From Gammaproteobacteria bacterium (GTDB taxonomy: Bacteria; Pseudomonadota; Gammaproteobacteria; Eutrophobiales; Eutrophobiaceae): 64,000 nucleotides of DNA. How positions within the stretch are numbered: position 1 is the first letter of the stretch; each line of letters begins with the position of its first letter. Shown here in pieces: positions 9,823-19,709 of the stretch. The stretch spans positions 64,671 to 128,670 of the forward strand of contig JBFFIE010000001.1 of NCBI GenBank assembly GCA_041556555.1, given 5' to 3'. The notes under the pieces are model-generated. The model was not told the DNA's origin and searched no databases. It saw only the letters and a program-made list of their open reading frames with translations. The position numbers and the translations under genes are program-made.

Positions 9823-10302
9823 ATGAAACAGCCTGCGCGAATCACCAGTCAATACCGGGCGCCATTTGGTCCCGTCACATTTACGGTCCAGGATGGACAT
9901 GTCATCAACGTAGAATTACTCAAGGAATCTTCCGGAAAAAATCCAGGTGCCGAAAAGCTTCCCGCAGTCCGGAACATGAAGCGCTATCTGGATGATTATT
10001 TCTCATCACGTCAACCGGCCCATCCCAAGCTGTTTATTCAGGGTACTGAATTCCAGAAACGTGTCTGGGAGGCCATGCTCAAAATTCCCCCTGGTCAGAC
10101 CCGCACCTACGGGGAACTGGCCAGGGAACTGCACACTGGCAGTCGTGCCGTAGCCCAGGCCTGCCGCTGCAACCCGCTGCCACTCATCATTCCCTGTCAT
10201 CGGGTGGTGGCCGCAAACGGGATCGGCGGATTCATGGGCAAGCGCCAGCAGGTGGACGTCAAGCGCTGGTTGTTGGCACACGAAGGCGTGCATGTCCACT
10301 AA
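9823..10302 (+). CDS. ogt: Methylated-DNA--protein-cysteine methyltransferase
   Basis: Has the IIPCHRVV active-site motif and TYGELA. I chose the ATG at 9823 over the ORF-track TTG at 9814. Confidence 0.85.
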   Translation: MKQPARITSQYRAPFGPVTFTVQDGHVINVELLKESSGKNPGAEKLPAVRNMKRYLDDYFSSRQPAHPKLFIQGTEFQKRVWEAMLKIPPGQTRTYGELARELHTGSRAVAQACRCNPLPLIIPCHRVVAANGIGGFMGKRQQVDVKRWLLAHEGVHVH

Positions 10303-11200
10303 AGAGGATGAGGCAAGCAGGGCAGAGCAGCAGATAGCCACCTTCCTGGATACCCTGTGGATGGAACATGGCGTTTCTGACAATACTCTGACGGCCTACC
10401 GGACCGACCTTACCCACTTTGCCAACTGGCTGAATCAGCAGGGCGATGATCTGGAAACTGCAGACGACGGTCTGATCCGACTCTACCTGGCTTCGCTGGG
10501 CCGATATTCCACCCGGACCCTGTCCCGTCGCCTCTCCAGTATTCGGCGCTTTTACAGGTACATGCTCCGTGAAGCCCTGATTACCACTGACCCTTCTGCC
10601 GGCGTGGAATCGCCGAGACTCGGCCGGCCTTTGCCCAGGTCCCTCAGCGAAGCAGAAGTGGAGGCACTGCTGGATGCGCCGGATACCGAGACTGTCCTGG
10701 GGCTACGTGACCGCGCCATGCTCGAGGTGCTTTATGCCAGTGGCTTGCGGGTCAGCGAACTGGTCGGCTTGACTATCACCCAGCTCAATCTCAGGCAGGG
10801 ACTGGTAAGAGTCATCGGCAAGGGCAACAAGGAACGCCTGGTTCCCCTGGGGGCGGAAGCGCTGGATTGGCTGGAGCGTTACCTGAAGACGGGTCGTCCC
10901 GAGCTGGTCGATGTCAGCGGATCAGACGCCGTGTTTCCCAGCCGCCGGGGTACACAAATGACGCGGCAGACCTTCTGGTACAGTATCAAGCGCTATGCCC
11001 AACAGGCCGAGATCAGCAAGCCGTTGTCCCCGCACGTGATCCGCCATGCCTTTGCCACCCATCTCCTGAATCACGGTGCTGACCTGCGGGCCGTACAAAT
11101 GTTACTCGGGCATACTGACATATCCACCACCCAGATATACACGCACGTGGCCAGGGAACGTCTGAAAAATTTGCATGCAGAACATCACCCCCGTGGTTGA
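10292..11200 (+). CDS. xerD: Tyrosine site-specific recombinase XerD
   Basis: LWMEHGVSDNTLTAYRTDL..., with ...HVIRHAFATHLLNHGADLRAVQMLLGHTDISTTQIYTHV (R-H-R-Y catalytic set). xerD-dsbC synteny supports the call. Confidence 0.9.
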   Translation: MSTKEDEASRAEQQIATFLDTLWMEHGVSDNTLTAYRTDLTHFANWLNQQGDDLETADDGLIRLYLASLGRYSTRTLSRRLSSIRRFYRYMLREALITTDPSAGVESPRLGRPLPRSLSEAEVEALLDAPDTETVLGLRDRAMLEVLYASGLRVSELVGLTITQLNLRQGLVRVIGKGNKERLVPLGAEALDWLERYLKTGRPELVDVSGSDAVFPSRRGTQMTRQTFWYSIKRYAQQAEISKPLSPHVIRHAFATHLLNHGADLRAVQMLLGHTDISTTQIYTHVARERLKNLHAEHHPRG

Positions 11201-11249
11201 ACCACCGTCTGAGAGGACAATCTAATCGTCAGGTGAGTACGGGATTGAG

Positions 11250-11693
11250 ATGATGCGCCACGGATTTACTTTTATGCTTTGTTGCCTGCTCTGTACCATG
11301 GTATCTGCCGCGGAGGTATACAAGTGGGAAGATGAGCAGGGGCGGGTGCATTATAGTCACAAACCGCCTGACGATGGTGCTGATGCGATCGAAATCAAAC
11401 CTCATCATGAAGCCGATCAGGCTACCCTGAAGCGGATCGAGAAAAATGAAAAGCTGCTGCGTGTCTATGAAGAGGAACGCCAGATCAGCAAGCAAGAGGC
11501 CATGGAAGCCAGAAAAGAAGAAGAGGAAAGGAGGAAACAATGCACCAGAGCGAAAAAAGCCCTGGATAATTTGGAATACGCTGGTCGCTTGTATCGCCTG
11601 AATGAAAACGGTGAGAAGGTATTCCTGTCCGAGGAAGAGCGGAATAATGAGAAGCAGGCCATCAGGAAACAAATGAAAAAAGTCTGTGCCTGA
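11250..11693 (+). CDS. DUF4124 domain protein with a charged coiled tail
   Basis: Signal peptide followed by VYKWEDEQGRVHYSHKPP (DUF4124 signature), then a K/E-rich region. Confidence 0.65.
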   Translation: MMRHGFTFMLCCLLCTMVSAAEVYKWEDEQGRVHYSHKPPDDGADAIEIKPHHEADQATLKRIEKNEKLLRVYEEERQISKQEAMEARKEEEERRKQCTRAKKALDNLEYAGRLYRLNENGEKVFLSEEERNNEKQAIRKQMKKVCA

Positions 11694-11781
11694 AATGAGA
11701 ACTCTGTGTCAGGCGATATTTTGAAATATTTGATATTATTAAACTAACTGACATGAAATTGGTATAAGAAGCATCCAGACA

Positions 11782-12507
11782 ATGAAACCATTAGCCATCA
11801 AAGTATTTTTTTTACTGACTCTATTGCTTACGCCACAGGCGTTTGCCGTCGATACCGCGGTGGAGAAGCAGATCAGGGAGACGCTGGCCTCAGTGGTGCC
11901 CGAGGAACAGGTTACCCGTATCCGGCCGACACCGTTCAAGGATTTGTATGAAGTCCTGCTCGGGCCCAATGTCGTCTACATATCAGGTGATGGTCGCTAC
12001 ATCCTCAAGGGCGATCTGCTGGATATGCAATCTCGGGAAAACATCAGTGAAAGGGAACGGAAGCTGGCCAGAAAAAATGTCCTGGAATCATTGTCGGAAA
12101 GGGATTTCATAGAATTCAGCCCGGCTGGTGCCGATCACCTGCTCTATGTATTTACGGATATCGAATGCGGTTATTGTCGCAAGCTTCACCAGGACGTCCC
12201 TGAACTGAACTCGAAGGGAATTGGTGTGCGCTATCTTGCCTATCCCCGTGGCGGTATGGGTACCGATGCCTCACGTACCATGGAGTCCGTATGGTGTGCC
12301 AAAGACCGGCAACAAGCCCTGACTGACGCCAAAAGTGACAAAGTAGTTGAACCCAAGCGCTGCAATAATCCGGTCGCCGATGAATATGAACTGGGAAGAA
12401 GGTTTGGTATCCGGGGTACGCCGGCCATCTACACGGATGATGGCGAAGGTTTGAGAGGTTACCTTCCTCCTCACGAGATTGAAGAGATACTCAACGAGCA
12501 ACCCTGA
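11782..12507 (+). CDS. dsbC: Thiol:disulfide interchange protein DsbC
   Basis: Signal peptide, an N-terminal dimerisation region, FTDIECGYCRKLH (CxxC) and GTPAIY. Confidence 0.85.
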   Translation: MKPLAIKVFFLLTLLLTPQAFAVDTAVEKQIRETLASVVPEEQVTRIRPTPFKDLYEVLLGPNVVYISGDGRYILKGDLLDMQSRENISERERKLARKNVLESLSERDFIEFSPAGADHLLYVFTDIECGYCRKLHQDVPELNSKGIGVRYLAYPRGGMGTDASRTMESVWCAKDRQQALTDAKSDKVVEPKRCNNPVADEYELGRRFGIRGTPAIYTDDGEGLRGYLPPHEIEEILNEQP

Positions 12508-12509
12508 AT

Positions 12510-13220
12510 TCAAAGCCCTTCCAGTTTCTGAATGATCGCAGTCGTCAAGCGGCCATCATCGGTATGCTCAACCCTGACAGGGAGATAGTTGAACTTGGGC
12601 GCGCACCAGATTATTAGCTTCCTGTCATCGTTCGGTTTGATGTTCTGTAACTTGATGGTCTCCAGTTCCCCCAGCGGTGTTTGTAGTTTCTCATTGGCCA
12701 GCCTTTCGAAATGATAGGTTTTCATTTTGCCGCCATCCGCAATTAAATAATCAATCGGGAATGGTTTTTCCGGCAGGTCTCTCATGATGGCATACTGGTA
12801 AAGCAGTTTATCCAGCATTCCTTTCTCTAGGGGCATCTTCCAGAGGTTTTCGTTGACCCGGTTATGAATCACCTTCTTGTCCCAGTCAAAATCAATCCGA
12901 ACCTTGCGTTGCTTTTTGCTCCTGGTCCTGTTGTAGGTGTATTTCAGGGGATATATCTGGTTTTCTTCCAGTTTCCAGCGGGATTCTTCTACAATCTTGT
13001 CCTTGTAAAACACGGCAACCAGGCCGACCGTTTCCGTCTGTGAGCGGTATAGATAATTACCATCGGGCAAACGGCTCATCGTGCGTTTCATTTCGGCGAG
13101 TTCAAAACCGCTGCTGAAAAGTTTATAGGTGGCATTGAATGTGCCGATGTCCCCCGGAGCAGCCGCAAGACCAGACTGCACAAGGCAACTCCACAGCAGG
13201 ATGGTTCCTATTATTCTCAT
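12510..13220 (-). CDS. DUF3108-like secreted protein
   Basis: 236-aa ORF with a signal peptide. The beta-rich pattern (ATYKLFSSGFELAEMKR...) resembles DUF3108. The assignment is tentative. Confidence 0.5.
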   Translation of the reverse strand: MRIIGTILLWSCLVQSGLAAAPGDIGTFNATYKLFSSGFELAEMKRTMSRLPDGNYLYRSQTETVGLVAVFYKDKIVEESRWKLEENQIYPLKYTYNRTRSKKQRKVRIDFDWDKKVIHNRVNENLWKMPLEKGMLDKLLYQYAIMRDLPEKPFPIDYLIADGGKMKTYHFERLANEKLQTPLGELETIKLQNIKPNDDRKLIIWCAPKFNYLPVRVEHTDDGRLTTAIIQKLEGL

Positions 13221-13402
13221 TCTAAACCTTTGGACACAGCCAATATGTTAAAATTCAGCGCTCGGAACACTTCCGTCAGGAGATATTAATAGTATTCCAG
13301 GGTACCGCAAGCGGACAGATCGCCGTATGTAGCACATATGATGCACCAAATAACAAGCAGAAAATATTAACTACGCCACAGCTTTCAGGAAATCATTGAA
13401 TC

Positions 13403-14683
13403 TTGCGGATAATATATAGCCTAATTCTGTATTTGCTGGTTCCATTTGCGCTGGCCAGGCTGTTGTACCAGTCGTGGGGGAATCCAAAGTATCGATCACG
13501 TTGGCATGAGCGCTTTGGTTTTGTAAAGCCGATACCCGAGCAACAGAGAACCCTCTGGATTCACGCGGTTTCCGTTGGCGAGGTCAATGCAACCCGGCCA
13601 ATACTGGAATATTTACAAACCAACTATCCAGCCTACCGCATCATCCTCACCACCATGACCCCGACAGGTGCCGACACCGTGGCCCGATTATATGGCGATT
13701 CCGTTACACATCACTATGTACCCTATGATTTGCCGGGTGCCGTAAAGCGTTTCCTGAGGCGCATTCATCCTGCCTTGCTCTTGGTGATGGAGACCGAACT
13801 GTGGCCAAACCTCTTTCACCATTGCCACAAGAACGGAATACCCATCCTGCTTGCCAATGCCCGCATGTCGGCCAAGTCAACCCGCGGCTACCTGCGGCTC
13901 AAAGGTCTGGCGTCGGATACCCTGAAGAAACTGTCCTGTCTTGCTGCCCAGACCGAGGAAGATGCCAGCAGATTTTTACAACTGGGCGCCGCCCTGGAAA
14001 CCATCCATGTCATCGGAAATCTGAAGTTTGACAGTGTGCCTGAGCTGCCGGACATAGCAGTTCGCCTGCAGCAGCGCGCTGATTTCAGCCAGGACCGTCC
14101 CGTCTGGATCGCGGCCAGCACCCATGAGGGTGAAGAATCCATTGTGCTTTCGGCGCATGGCAACATACAGAAGTCTCATCCGGACAGTCTCCTGATTATT
14201 GCCCCACGGCACCCGGAACGTTTTGATGCGGTCTATGAACTGTCCAGACAGTCCGGTTTCAGGACCCAGCGAAAAAGCAACGCTGAAACCGTGGCTAGGG
14301 AGACTCAGGTTTTTATTCTGGATAGCCTGGGAGAGTTGTTTCGTTTCTATGCCTTGTCTGATCTGGCATTTGTCGGCGGGAGTCTCGTCCCGGTGGGCGG
14401 GCATAATATGCTGGAACCCGCCAGCCTGGGCCTGCCGATCATCACCGGCCCACATAAACATAACTTTATCGAGATCTCGGATCGGCTGCAGGCGTGTGGA
14501 GCATTGTCAGTCATACAGAATGATACATCCCTCGCTAATATTATAAATCAACTACTTGGGGACGAGAGTTCACGCAAAATTTCAGGTAAGGCGGGACGGG
14601 AAATGGTGGCGTCGTCACGTGGCAGCAGCGAAAGGCTGACCAATCTCCTGGCACCTTTATTGGGAAGTCATGCAACTTCCTGA
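13403..14683 (+). CDS. waaA: 3-deoxy-D-manno-octulosonic acid (Kdo) transferase
   Basis: 426-aa ORF with WIHAVSVGE...LVMETELWPN...LLANARMS...FVGGSLVPVGGHNMLEP. It uses a non-ATG start as given in the ORF track. Confidence 0.9.
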   Translation: MRIIYSLILYLLVPFALARLLYQSWGNPKYRSRWHERFGFVKPIPEQQRTLWIHAVSVGEVNATRPILEYLQTNYPAYRIILTTMTPTGADTVARLYGDSVTHHYVPYDLPGAVKRFLRRIHPALLLVMETELWPNLFHHCHKNGIPILLANARMSAKSTRGYLRLKGLASDTLKKLSCLAAQTEEDASRFLQLGAALETIHVIGNLKFDSVPELPDIAVRLQQRADFSQDRPVWIAASTHEGEESIVLSAHGNIQKSHPDSLLIIAPRHPERFDAVYELSRQSGFRTQRKSNAETVARETQVFILDSLGELFRFYALSDLAFVGGSLVPVGGHNMLEPASLGLPIITGPHKHNFIEISDRLQACGALSVIQNDTSLANIINQLLGDESSRKISGKAGREMVASSRGSSERLTNLLAPLLGSHATS

Positions 14684-14808
14684 TTGGAATTAATCTAATA
14701 AAACTACAAAATGCCGCTTATTCGGGATATGGTTACTTTTATGTGGCGTACAAACATGTCAATCGCTATACAGAAAAATTAAAATAGACCCAAATTCAAT
14801 AGTTACTG

Positions 14809-15201
14809 ATGGAGAAAAAATTTATGAAACTTAGTAAAGCACTGCCACTGGCGGTCTTGCTATTTCCTGCCGGCGTGATGGCTGGTGAAGGGTATCCAAC
14901 CATTGAAGTCGTGCGCTCGGTGGTAGGATGCATGGCCGACCTCGGTGGGCAAAATGAGCAGAACCTGTACACCTGCACCTGCCGCCATGATTATGTGGCT
15001 GACCGGATGTCATTCGAGGCATTTGACAATGGCACCATGCAGGAGCGTTACGGCAAGATGCCTGGTGAGAAAGGCGGGGTTGTCAGGGACAACGAGCATG
15101 GCAAGGCGGATTTGAAGGCCTTGCTAAAGCTGAAAAAGGAGGCTGCGGAACACTGTCCTGTGGTGAAGAATCTTTCCGCACCGACACGTCAGGATTCCTG
15201 A
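14809..15201 (+). CDS. Hypothetical secreted 4-Cys protein
   Basis: Signal peptide (MKLSKALPLAVLLFPAGVMA). The start may be the ATG at 14824. No family recognised. A clear terminator follows. Confidence 0.5.
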   Translation: MEKKFMKLSKALPLAVLLFPAGVMAGEGYPTIEVVRSVVGCMADLGGQNEQNLYTCTCRHDYVADRMSFEAFDNGTMQERYGKMPGEKGGVVRDNEHGKADLKALLKLKKEAAEHCPVVKNLSAPTRQDS

Positions 15202-15227
15202 CCGGCCCGGAAACTCAAAACCGTAAT

Positions 15228-15259
15228 AAAAAAGGGTGATTTTGAATCACCCTTTTTTA
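15228..15259. terminator. Bidirectional rho-independent terminator between convergent genes
   Basis: aaaaaGGGTGATtttgaATCACCCtttttt: a 7-bp perfect stem flanked by an A-run and a T-run. Confidence 0.6.
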
Positions 15260-15286
15260 TTTAATCTGATCGATTGGATAAGATTG

Positions 15287-16150
15287 TCAGGATGTTTTCT
15301 TATGCACTTCGTGTGTTGAAGTGAATTCATTATTCTTGGTGTCCGAGCCCTTCACAGTCATCACTCCTTCTTTCTCCGGGACGAAATAAAAGCGGAAGGC
15401 CGGGTCCATACTGACCGAGAATGTCAGTTCAGCTTTCAGAACCGTCTCACCGTTATAATCGACCTCAATTTCCTTTACAAAATGCGGTGGCGGCATGACA
15501 CGTGAACCGATCCGAAGCGGGGCCATGCCCGTAATATTGGGGTGACGTATCTTTAATTGCATGAGGTTGGGTTTGCCAAACTCAACATCGCCAATGGTCT
15601 TCATTTTCATTTGCCCAAGCAGCTTCTTTGAGTCCTCCATGCTGGCCGGAGGCGGAGCAGAGCAGGCGCCCTTGGCACGGACAAAACTCTTGGCCATATA
15701 GAGCTCACCGGTGTTTAATTCAGCAATTGCCCTGACGTAACTGAAGTCATCCACCCGGATACGCATGGCCAGATCGGCCTTGCCCGACTTGGGTGAAAAC
15801 TCAAAATAACCCACCAGCGGTACGGGATTTTTGTCGATCAGGATGGTAATTTTCTTGATGTAACGCTCGTTGGTCTGTGGAATCTTGGTCTGGACAGAGA
15901 TCGGCACCACGGTCGCATCTTCAGCCGTGTAGGGGGTCTTGAGTTCGAGGATGTCCTGTTCGGCACCTTCGATGATTTCCCGGTCCTGGAAATTGGACTT
16001 TCTGAGCTTTTCCTCCCAGACCTTGTCTGAGAGATTTTGCCGGTAATCCGGTGGTGCTACGTCGGCAACTGCCGGTGAGAACTGGAATACCAGGGCTGCC
16101 AGCAAGGTAGCTGACAGCAACGAGAGTAAAATTCGGCCGTTGGTCAACAT
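15287..16150 (-). CDS. Fused SoxY-like/SoxZ-like periplasmic carrier (quinoprotein-dehydrogenase-associated type)
   Basis: 287-aa ORF with a signal peptide. The N-terminal half is SoxY-like and ends in KGACSAPP, where SoxY has its GGCGG carrier Cys. The C-terminal half is SoxZ-like (MQLKIRHPNITGM). It is divergent from xoxF. Confidence 0.65.
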   Translation of the reverse strand: MLTNGRILLSLLSATLLAALVFQFSPAVADVAPPDYRQNLSDKVWEEKLRKSNFQDREIIEGAEQDILELKTPYTAEDATVVPISVQTKIPQTNERYIKKITILIDKNPVPLVGYFEFSPKSGKADLAMRIRVDDFSYVRAIAELNTGELYMAKSFVRAKGACSAPPPASMEDSKKLLGQMKMKTIGDVEFGKPNLMQLKIRHPNITGMAPLRIGSRVMPPPHFVKEIEVDYNGETVLKAELTFSVSMDPAFRFYFVPEKEGVMTVKGSDTKNNEFTSTHEVHKKTS

Positions 16151-16942
16151 GTCACTACTCCGATCTAGATTTCAATTTGGTGCGATTGGTGATAAAAATA
16201 TATAGTGATATTATGATATTTTTATATGTAATTTGACAACTCCGTTTGCCATTTTCTGTAATTGTATCAATATTGATATAGATGGAGACATTTATCCCAA
16301 GTTCAAGTTGCAAGGGCGAATTATTCCCATGTAAATTTGTTGCGATGCGGTACCAAGATCGGGACAAAAGCCGAACAATTTCATTTCCAGAATTGATCTG
16401 AGTTTTTAACAGTAACAATATAATTTATAGGCATTAATCACTAGCATTGAGCATGGCTTTAACTGCACCAATTAAAGTCCTCTGGATTCGCTTGCTTGTT
16501 ATGCCTAAATTGCCTAGAATTCAACGACTCTAGAAAACAAACTTGGGGATTTAAATGGTATAAATCTCCTAAGTTTTATAAGAAAAAAATACAAAAGACA
16601 GGTTTGTCGCTGACCCACTAAATGAATAGAACTCGCACCTGTATTGTCCATATCGAAGTCGCAGGTACGCAAGGGAGGGAATCCCTGGCGGCTGGCTTTT
16701 TATTGAAACAGACAAGCCTGACCCTTCACGCGGTAGAGCTTAAGTAATGCGTACAATCTTCCTGCGCAATCAAAAAATCTCGAATTCAATTATCACCACT
16801 TTTGCGTTTGCCCTCGAGGCAAACTTTTACCCAACGATTTTTTCTAGCCCAATGGCGCTTTTTGATCTCGAGGCGTCGGCGGGTTTTGTGCACAACTAGA
16901 GATCACACATGCATGATCAAATAATAAAAGAGGAGTGAGGTC

Positions 16943-18883
16943 ATGAGTAAAATATCATTAAGTAAATGGCTTATAGCCGCGCTGGCCTTAATGGTATCGG
17001 CTCCCTCATTTGCGAACGATGAAGTTCGTAAACTGACGGAAAACCCGAACTATTGGGCCTATCCAGGTGGTAACTACTGGAACTGGCGTTATTCTGAGTT
17101 GAAGCAAATCACTAATAAGAACGCTGGTGACATTGTTGCTGCTTGGACGTTCTCCACAGGTCGCCTGCAGGGCCACGAAGGTGGACCGCTGGTGCTGCCA
17201 AGCAGTGCCACTGGTCTGTCCTCAGATCACCTGTACATCCATTCATCCTTCCCGAACGATGTGTTCGCCATCAATCTTGATACCTTGAACATCACCTGGT
17301 ATTTCGAACCACAGCAGGACGAAGCTGAAACCGTTCCTGTGATGTGCTGCGACATCGTGAACCGTGGTCTGGGTTACAGCATGGGTCAGATTTATCTGCA
17401 ACAGGCAGATACTCTCCTGGTCGCTCTGGACGCCAAGACCGGTAAGGTGAATTGGACGGCAGAAAACGGTCGTGACATCGGTTACGGTCCTGCCGCTGGT
17501 GACACCAACACCAACGCACCACACCCCATCAAGGACAAGGTCATCACCGGTTGTTCCGGTGCTGAGTTCGGCGTTCGTTGCTGGCTTGCTGCTTTCTATG
17601 CGAAAGACGGCAGACTGGCATGGCGTGCCTTCAGCATGGGTCCGGACGAAGACATCCTGTTTGATCCCAATAAGACCACTTCTCTGGGCAAGGTGGTGGG
17701 TAAGGATTCTTCTCTGAAGACCTGGTGTGCCAACTCTGACTGGAAAGCACCCGCTACTGGTCCCAACAGCTGTAAGACACTGGGCGATCAGTGGAAATCA
17801 GGTGGTGGTTCAACCTGGGGCTGGTGGCCTGCAGACTTTGAAGAAAACCTGCTGTACTACGGTTCAGGTAACCCTTCAACTTGGAACCCGGTTGTCCGTC
17901 CTGGCGATAACAAGTGGTCAATGACCATCTTCGCCCGTGACATCGACACCGGTATCGCTCGTTGGGTCTATCAGATGACCCCGCACGATGAGTGGGATTA
18001 TGATGGCATCAACGAAATGATCCTGGCTGACATGAAGGTCAAGGGTAAGCAGACTCCGGCACTGGTCCACTTCGACCGTAACGGCTTCGCTTACACCATG
18101 AACCGTAAGACCGGTGAACTGCTGGTTGCTGAGAAGTATGACCCTGCAGTGAACTGGGCTACTCACATTGACATGAAGACCGGCTATCCGCAGACCCTGA
18201 AGAAATACTCCACTCACTATAACGGTGAAGATGTTGTTTCCAAGGATATCTGCCCGGCCGCTCTTGGTACCAAGGACCAGCAGCCCGCTGCCTACAGCCC
18301 ACGTACTGGCCTGTTCTATGTTCCTACAAACCACGTTTGTATGACCTATGAGCCTGTCAGCTACGCTGCTGGTGGTAACGAGTATGTTGCAGGCCAGGCT
18401 TACGTTAACGCTAACCTGACCATGTATCCTGCTGGTGCCGTTTGCCCAGAATGTCCAAACAACAATGCTGCCAAGGACAACATGGGTAACATGATCGCCT
18501 GGGACGCTGACAAGGGTAAGATCGTATGGTCAATCCCTGAACAGTGGTCAGTATGGTCAGGCGTTCTGGCTACCGCTGGTGACGTTGTCTTCTACGGTAC
18601 CCTTGATGCTTACGCTAAGGCTGTTGATGCCAAGTCCGGCAAGCTGCTTTGGAAGTTCAAAGTACCTTCCGGCATTATTGGCAACTTCAACACCTGGGCT
18701 CATAAAGGCAAGCAGTACGTTGGTGTCCTCGCCGGTATCGGCGGATGGGCTGGCGCTGTGGTTGCTATCCCAGGCTTAGCTGCTGCACCTGATACAGCTG
18801 CTCTTGGTGCGGTCGGTGGTTACAGAGCTCTTCTGAACTCCTCCCGTAACAGTGGCGTGCTGATGGTGTTCTCACTGCCGTAA
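16943..18883 (+). CDS. xoxF: Lanthanide-type PQQ methanol/alcohol dehydrogenase (XoxF-like)
   Basis: 646-aa ORF with a signal peptide. Motifs: [10 protein letters not shown] (vicinal disulfide), SGAEFGVR (metal Glu), [10 protein letters not shown], and [13 protein letters not shown] with the D-Y-D arrangement (Asp instead of the Ala of Ca-type MxaF). Confidence 0.85.
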   Translation: MSKISLSKWLIAALALMVSAPSFANDEVRKLTENPNYWAYPGGNYWNWRYSELKQITNKNAGDIVAAWTFSTGRLQGHEGGPLVLPSSATGLSSDHLYIHSSFPNDVFAINLDTLNITWYFEPQQDEAETVPVMCCDIVNRGLGYSMGQIYLQQADTLLVALDAKTGKVNWTAENGRDIGYGPAAGDTNTNAPHPIKDKVITGCSGAEFGVRCWLAAFYAKDGRLAWRAFSMGPDEDILFDPNKTTSLGKVVGKDSSLKTWCANSDWKAPATGPNSCKTLGDQWKSGGGSTWGWWPADFEENLLYYGSGNPSTWNPVVRPGDNKWSMTIFARDIDTGIARWVYQMTPHDEWDYDGINEMILADMKVKGKQTPALVHFDRNGFAYTMNRKTGELLVAEKYDPAVNWATHIDMKTGYPQTLKKYSTHYNGEDVVSKDICPAALGTKDQQPAAYSPRTGLFYVPTNHVCMTYEPVSYAAGGNEYVAGQAYVNANLTMYPAGAVCPECPNNNAAKDNMGNMIAWDADKGKIVWSIPEQWSVWSGVLATAGDVVFYGTLDAYAKAVDAKSGKLLWKFKVPSGIIGNFNTWAHKGKQYVGVLAGIGGWAGAVVAIPGLAAAPDTAALGAVGGYRALLNSSRNSGVLMVFSLP

Positions 18884-18919
18884 GCAAAAGCTTTAAGCAA
18901 TTAAGTTTGTTTAAGCGAG

Positions 18920-18950
18920 TCCCCGGCATCTCAGATGCCGGGGATTTTTT
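18920..18950 (+). terminator. Rho-independent terminator after xoxF
   Basis: tCCCCGGCATCtcaGATGCCGGGGatttttt: a 10-11 bp GC-rich stem, a 3-nt loop and a T6 run. Confidence 0.75.
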
Positions 18951-19095
18951 ATTTATCAGTACCACTATAGGATTCATTGATACATATTCGGACCAGAGTA
19001 ATCATGTCCACGAACTAATTATTATCAAGATTGTCTCATAAGATGTGCATAGTCTTATTCTATAACTTATTGATATATATAGAGAATATGGTAAT

Positions 19096-19124
19096 TTGAA
19101 TGTAGGGTATGCAGACTCTATAAT
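19096..19124 (+). promoter_or_regulatory. Candidate sigma70 promoter for the pseudoazurin/xoxJ unit
   Basis: TTGAAT, a 17-nt spacer, then TATAAT (perfect -10). It lies about 50 nt upstream of the ATG at 19174, in an AT-rich spacer after the xoxF terminator. Confidence 0.4.
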
Positions 19125-19173
19125 CTGCGGCTCGATTTAATAATAAATAAATCTTTTCCGGAGAATTTTTAAC

Positions 19174-19614
19174 ATGAAATTTTTAAAACAATATTCACTG
19201 CTACTTACTTTGCTGGCCATGTTTATGCCGACTTTGTCCCAGGCCGCCGATATCGCGGTTAATGCGGAGGCACGGGTCTTCAATCCTGAGATCGTTTACA
19301 TCGAGCTGGGTGATACAGTCAAATTCAATAATATGACTTCACATAATGCCGTCACTTACGTTGCCCCGGAAGGTTCCAAGGGTTTTGGTACCAAGGGTGA
19401 ACTCCCGGGTGGCAGCTTCAGTGCGACCCCCGACAAGGAAGGTATCTATGGCTATGCCTGCGAACCCCATATCGGTTTTGGTATGGTGGGTGTGATCGTC
19501 GTGGGCCCAGTGACCCAGGAAATGAAAGACGCTGCCAAGAAGAAGGCCATGGAAACCCTGGAAGGACCATTTAAACGGATTATTGGCAAGATTAACAAGA
19601 TTGAAGTTAAGTAA
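19174..19614 (+). CDS. Pseudoazurin-type blue copper protein (cupredoxin)
   Basis: 146-aa ORF with a signal peptide. The ligand pattern is His (MTSHNAV) plus YACEPHIGFGMVG (Cys-x2-His-x4-Met), with a C-terminal helical extension typical of pseudoazurin. Confidence 0.8.
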   Translation: MKFLKQYSLLLTLLAMFMPTLSQAADIAVNAEARVFNPEIVYIELGDTVKFNNMTSHNAVTYVAPEGSKGFGTKGELPGGSFSATPDKEGIYGYACEPHIGFGMVGVIVVGPVTQEMKDAAKKKAMETLEGPFKRIIGKINKIEVK

Positions 19615-19633
19615 ATTCTATCCTGCTAAGAAG

Positions 19634-19669
19634 GCGGTGCTGGTGCTGGCCTGATGGGGTCAGCACCGC
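19634..19669 (+). terminator. Possible weak terminator/attenuator hairpin after the pseudoazurin gene
   Basis: GCGGTGCTG, an 18-nt loop, then CAGCACCGC followed by aaattttatt. The long loop makes it weak. Confidence 0.3.
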
Positions 19670-19709
19670 AAATTTTATTAAGGGCAGCTATAAATTGACT
19701 GAGAGAATT

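Noticed and set aside
16155-16418. 87-aa minus-strand ORF in the xoxF upstream spacer
   Set aside because: It has very AT-rich, low-complexity translation (N/I/K/L rich), no RBS and no family resemblance. I treated it as non-coding spacer.
16850-16875. Possible sigma54 promoter (TGGCGC-tttttgatc) upstream of xoxF
   Set aside because: The GG is present, but the -12 GC element is missing at the required spacing (TC instead of GC).
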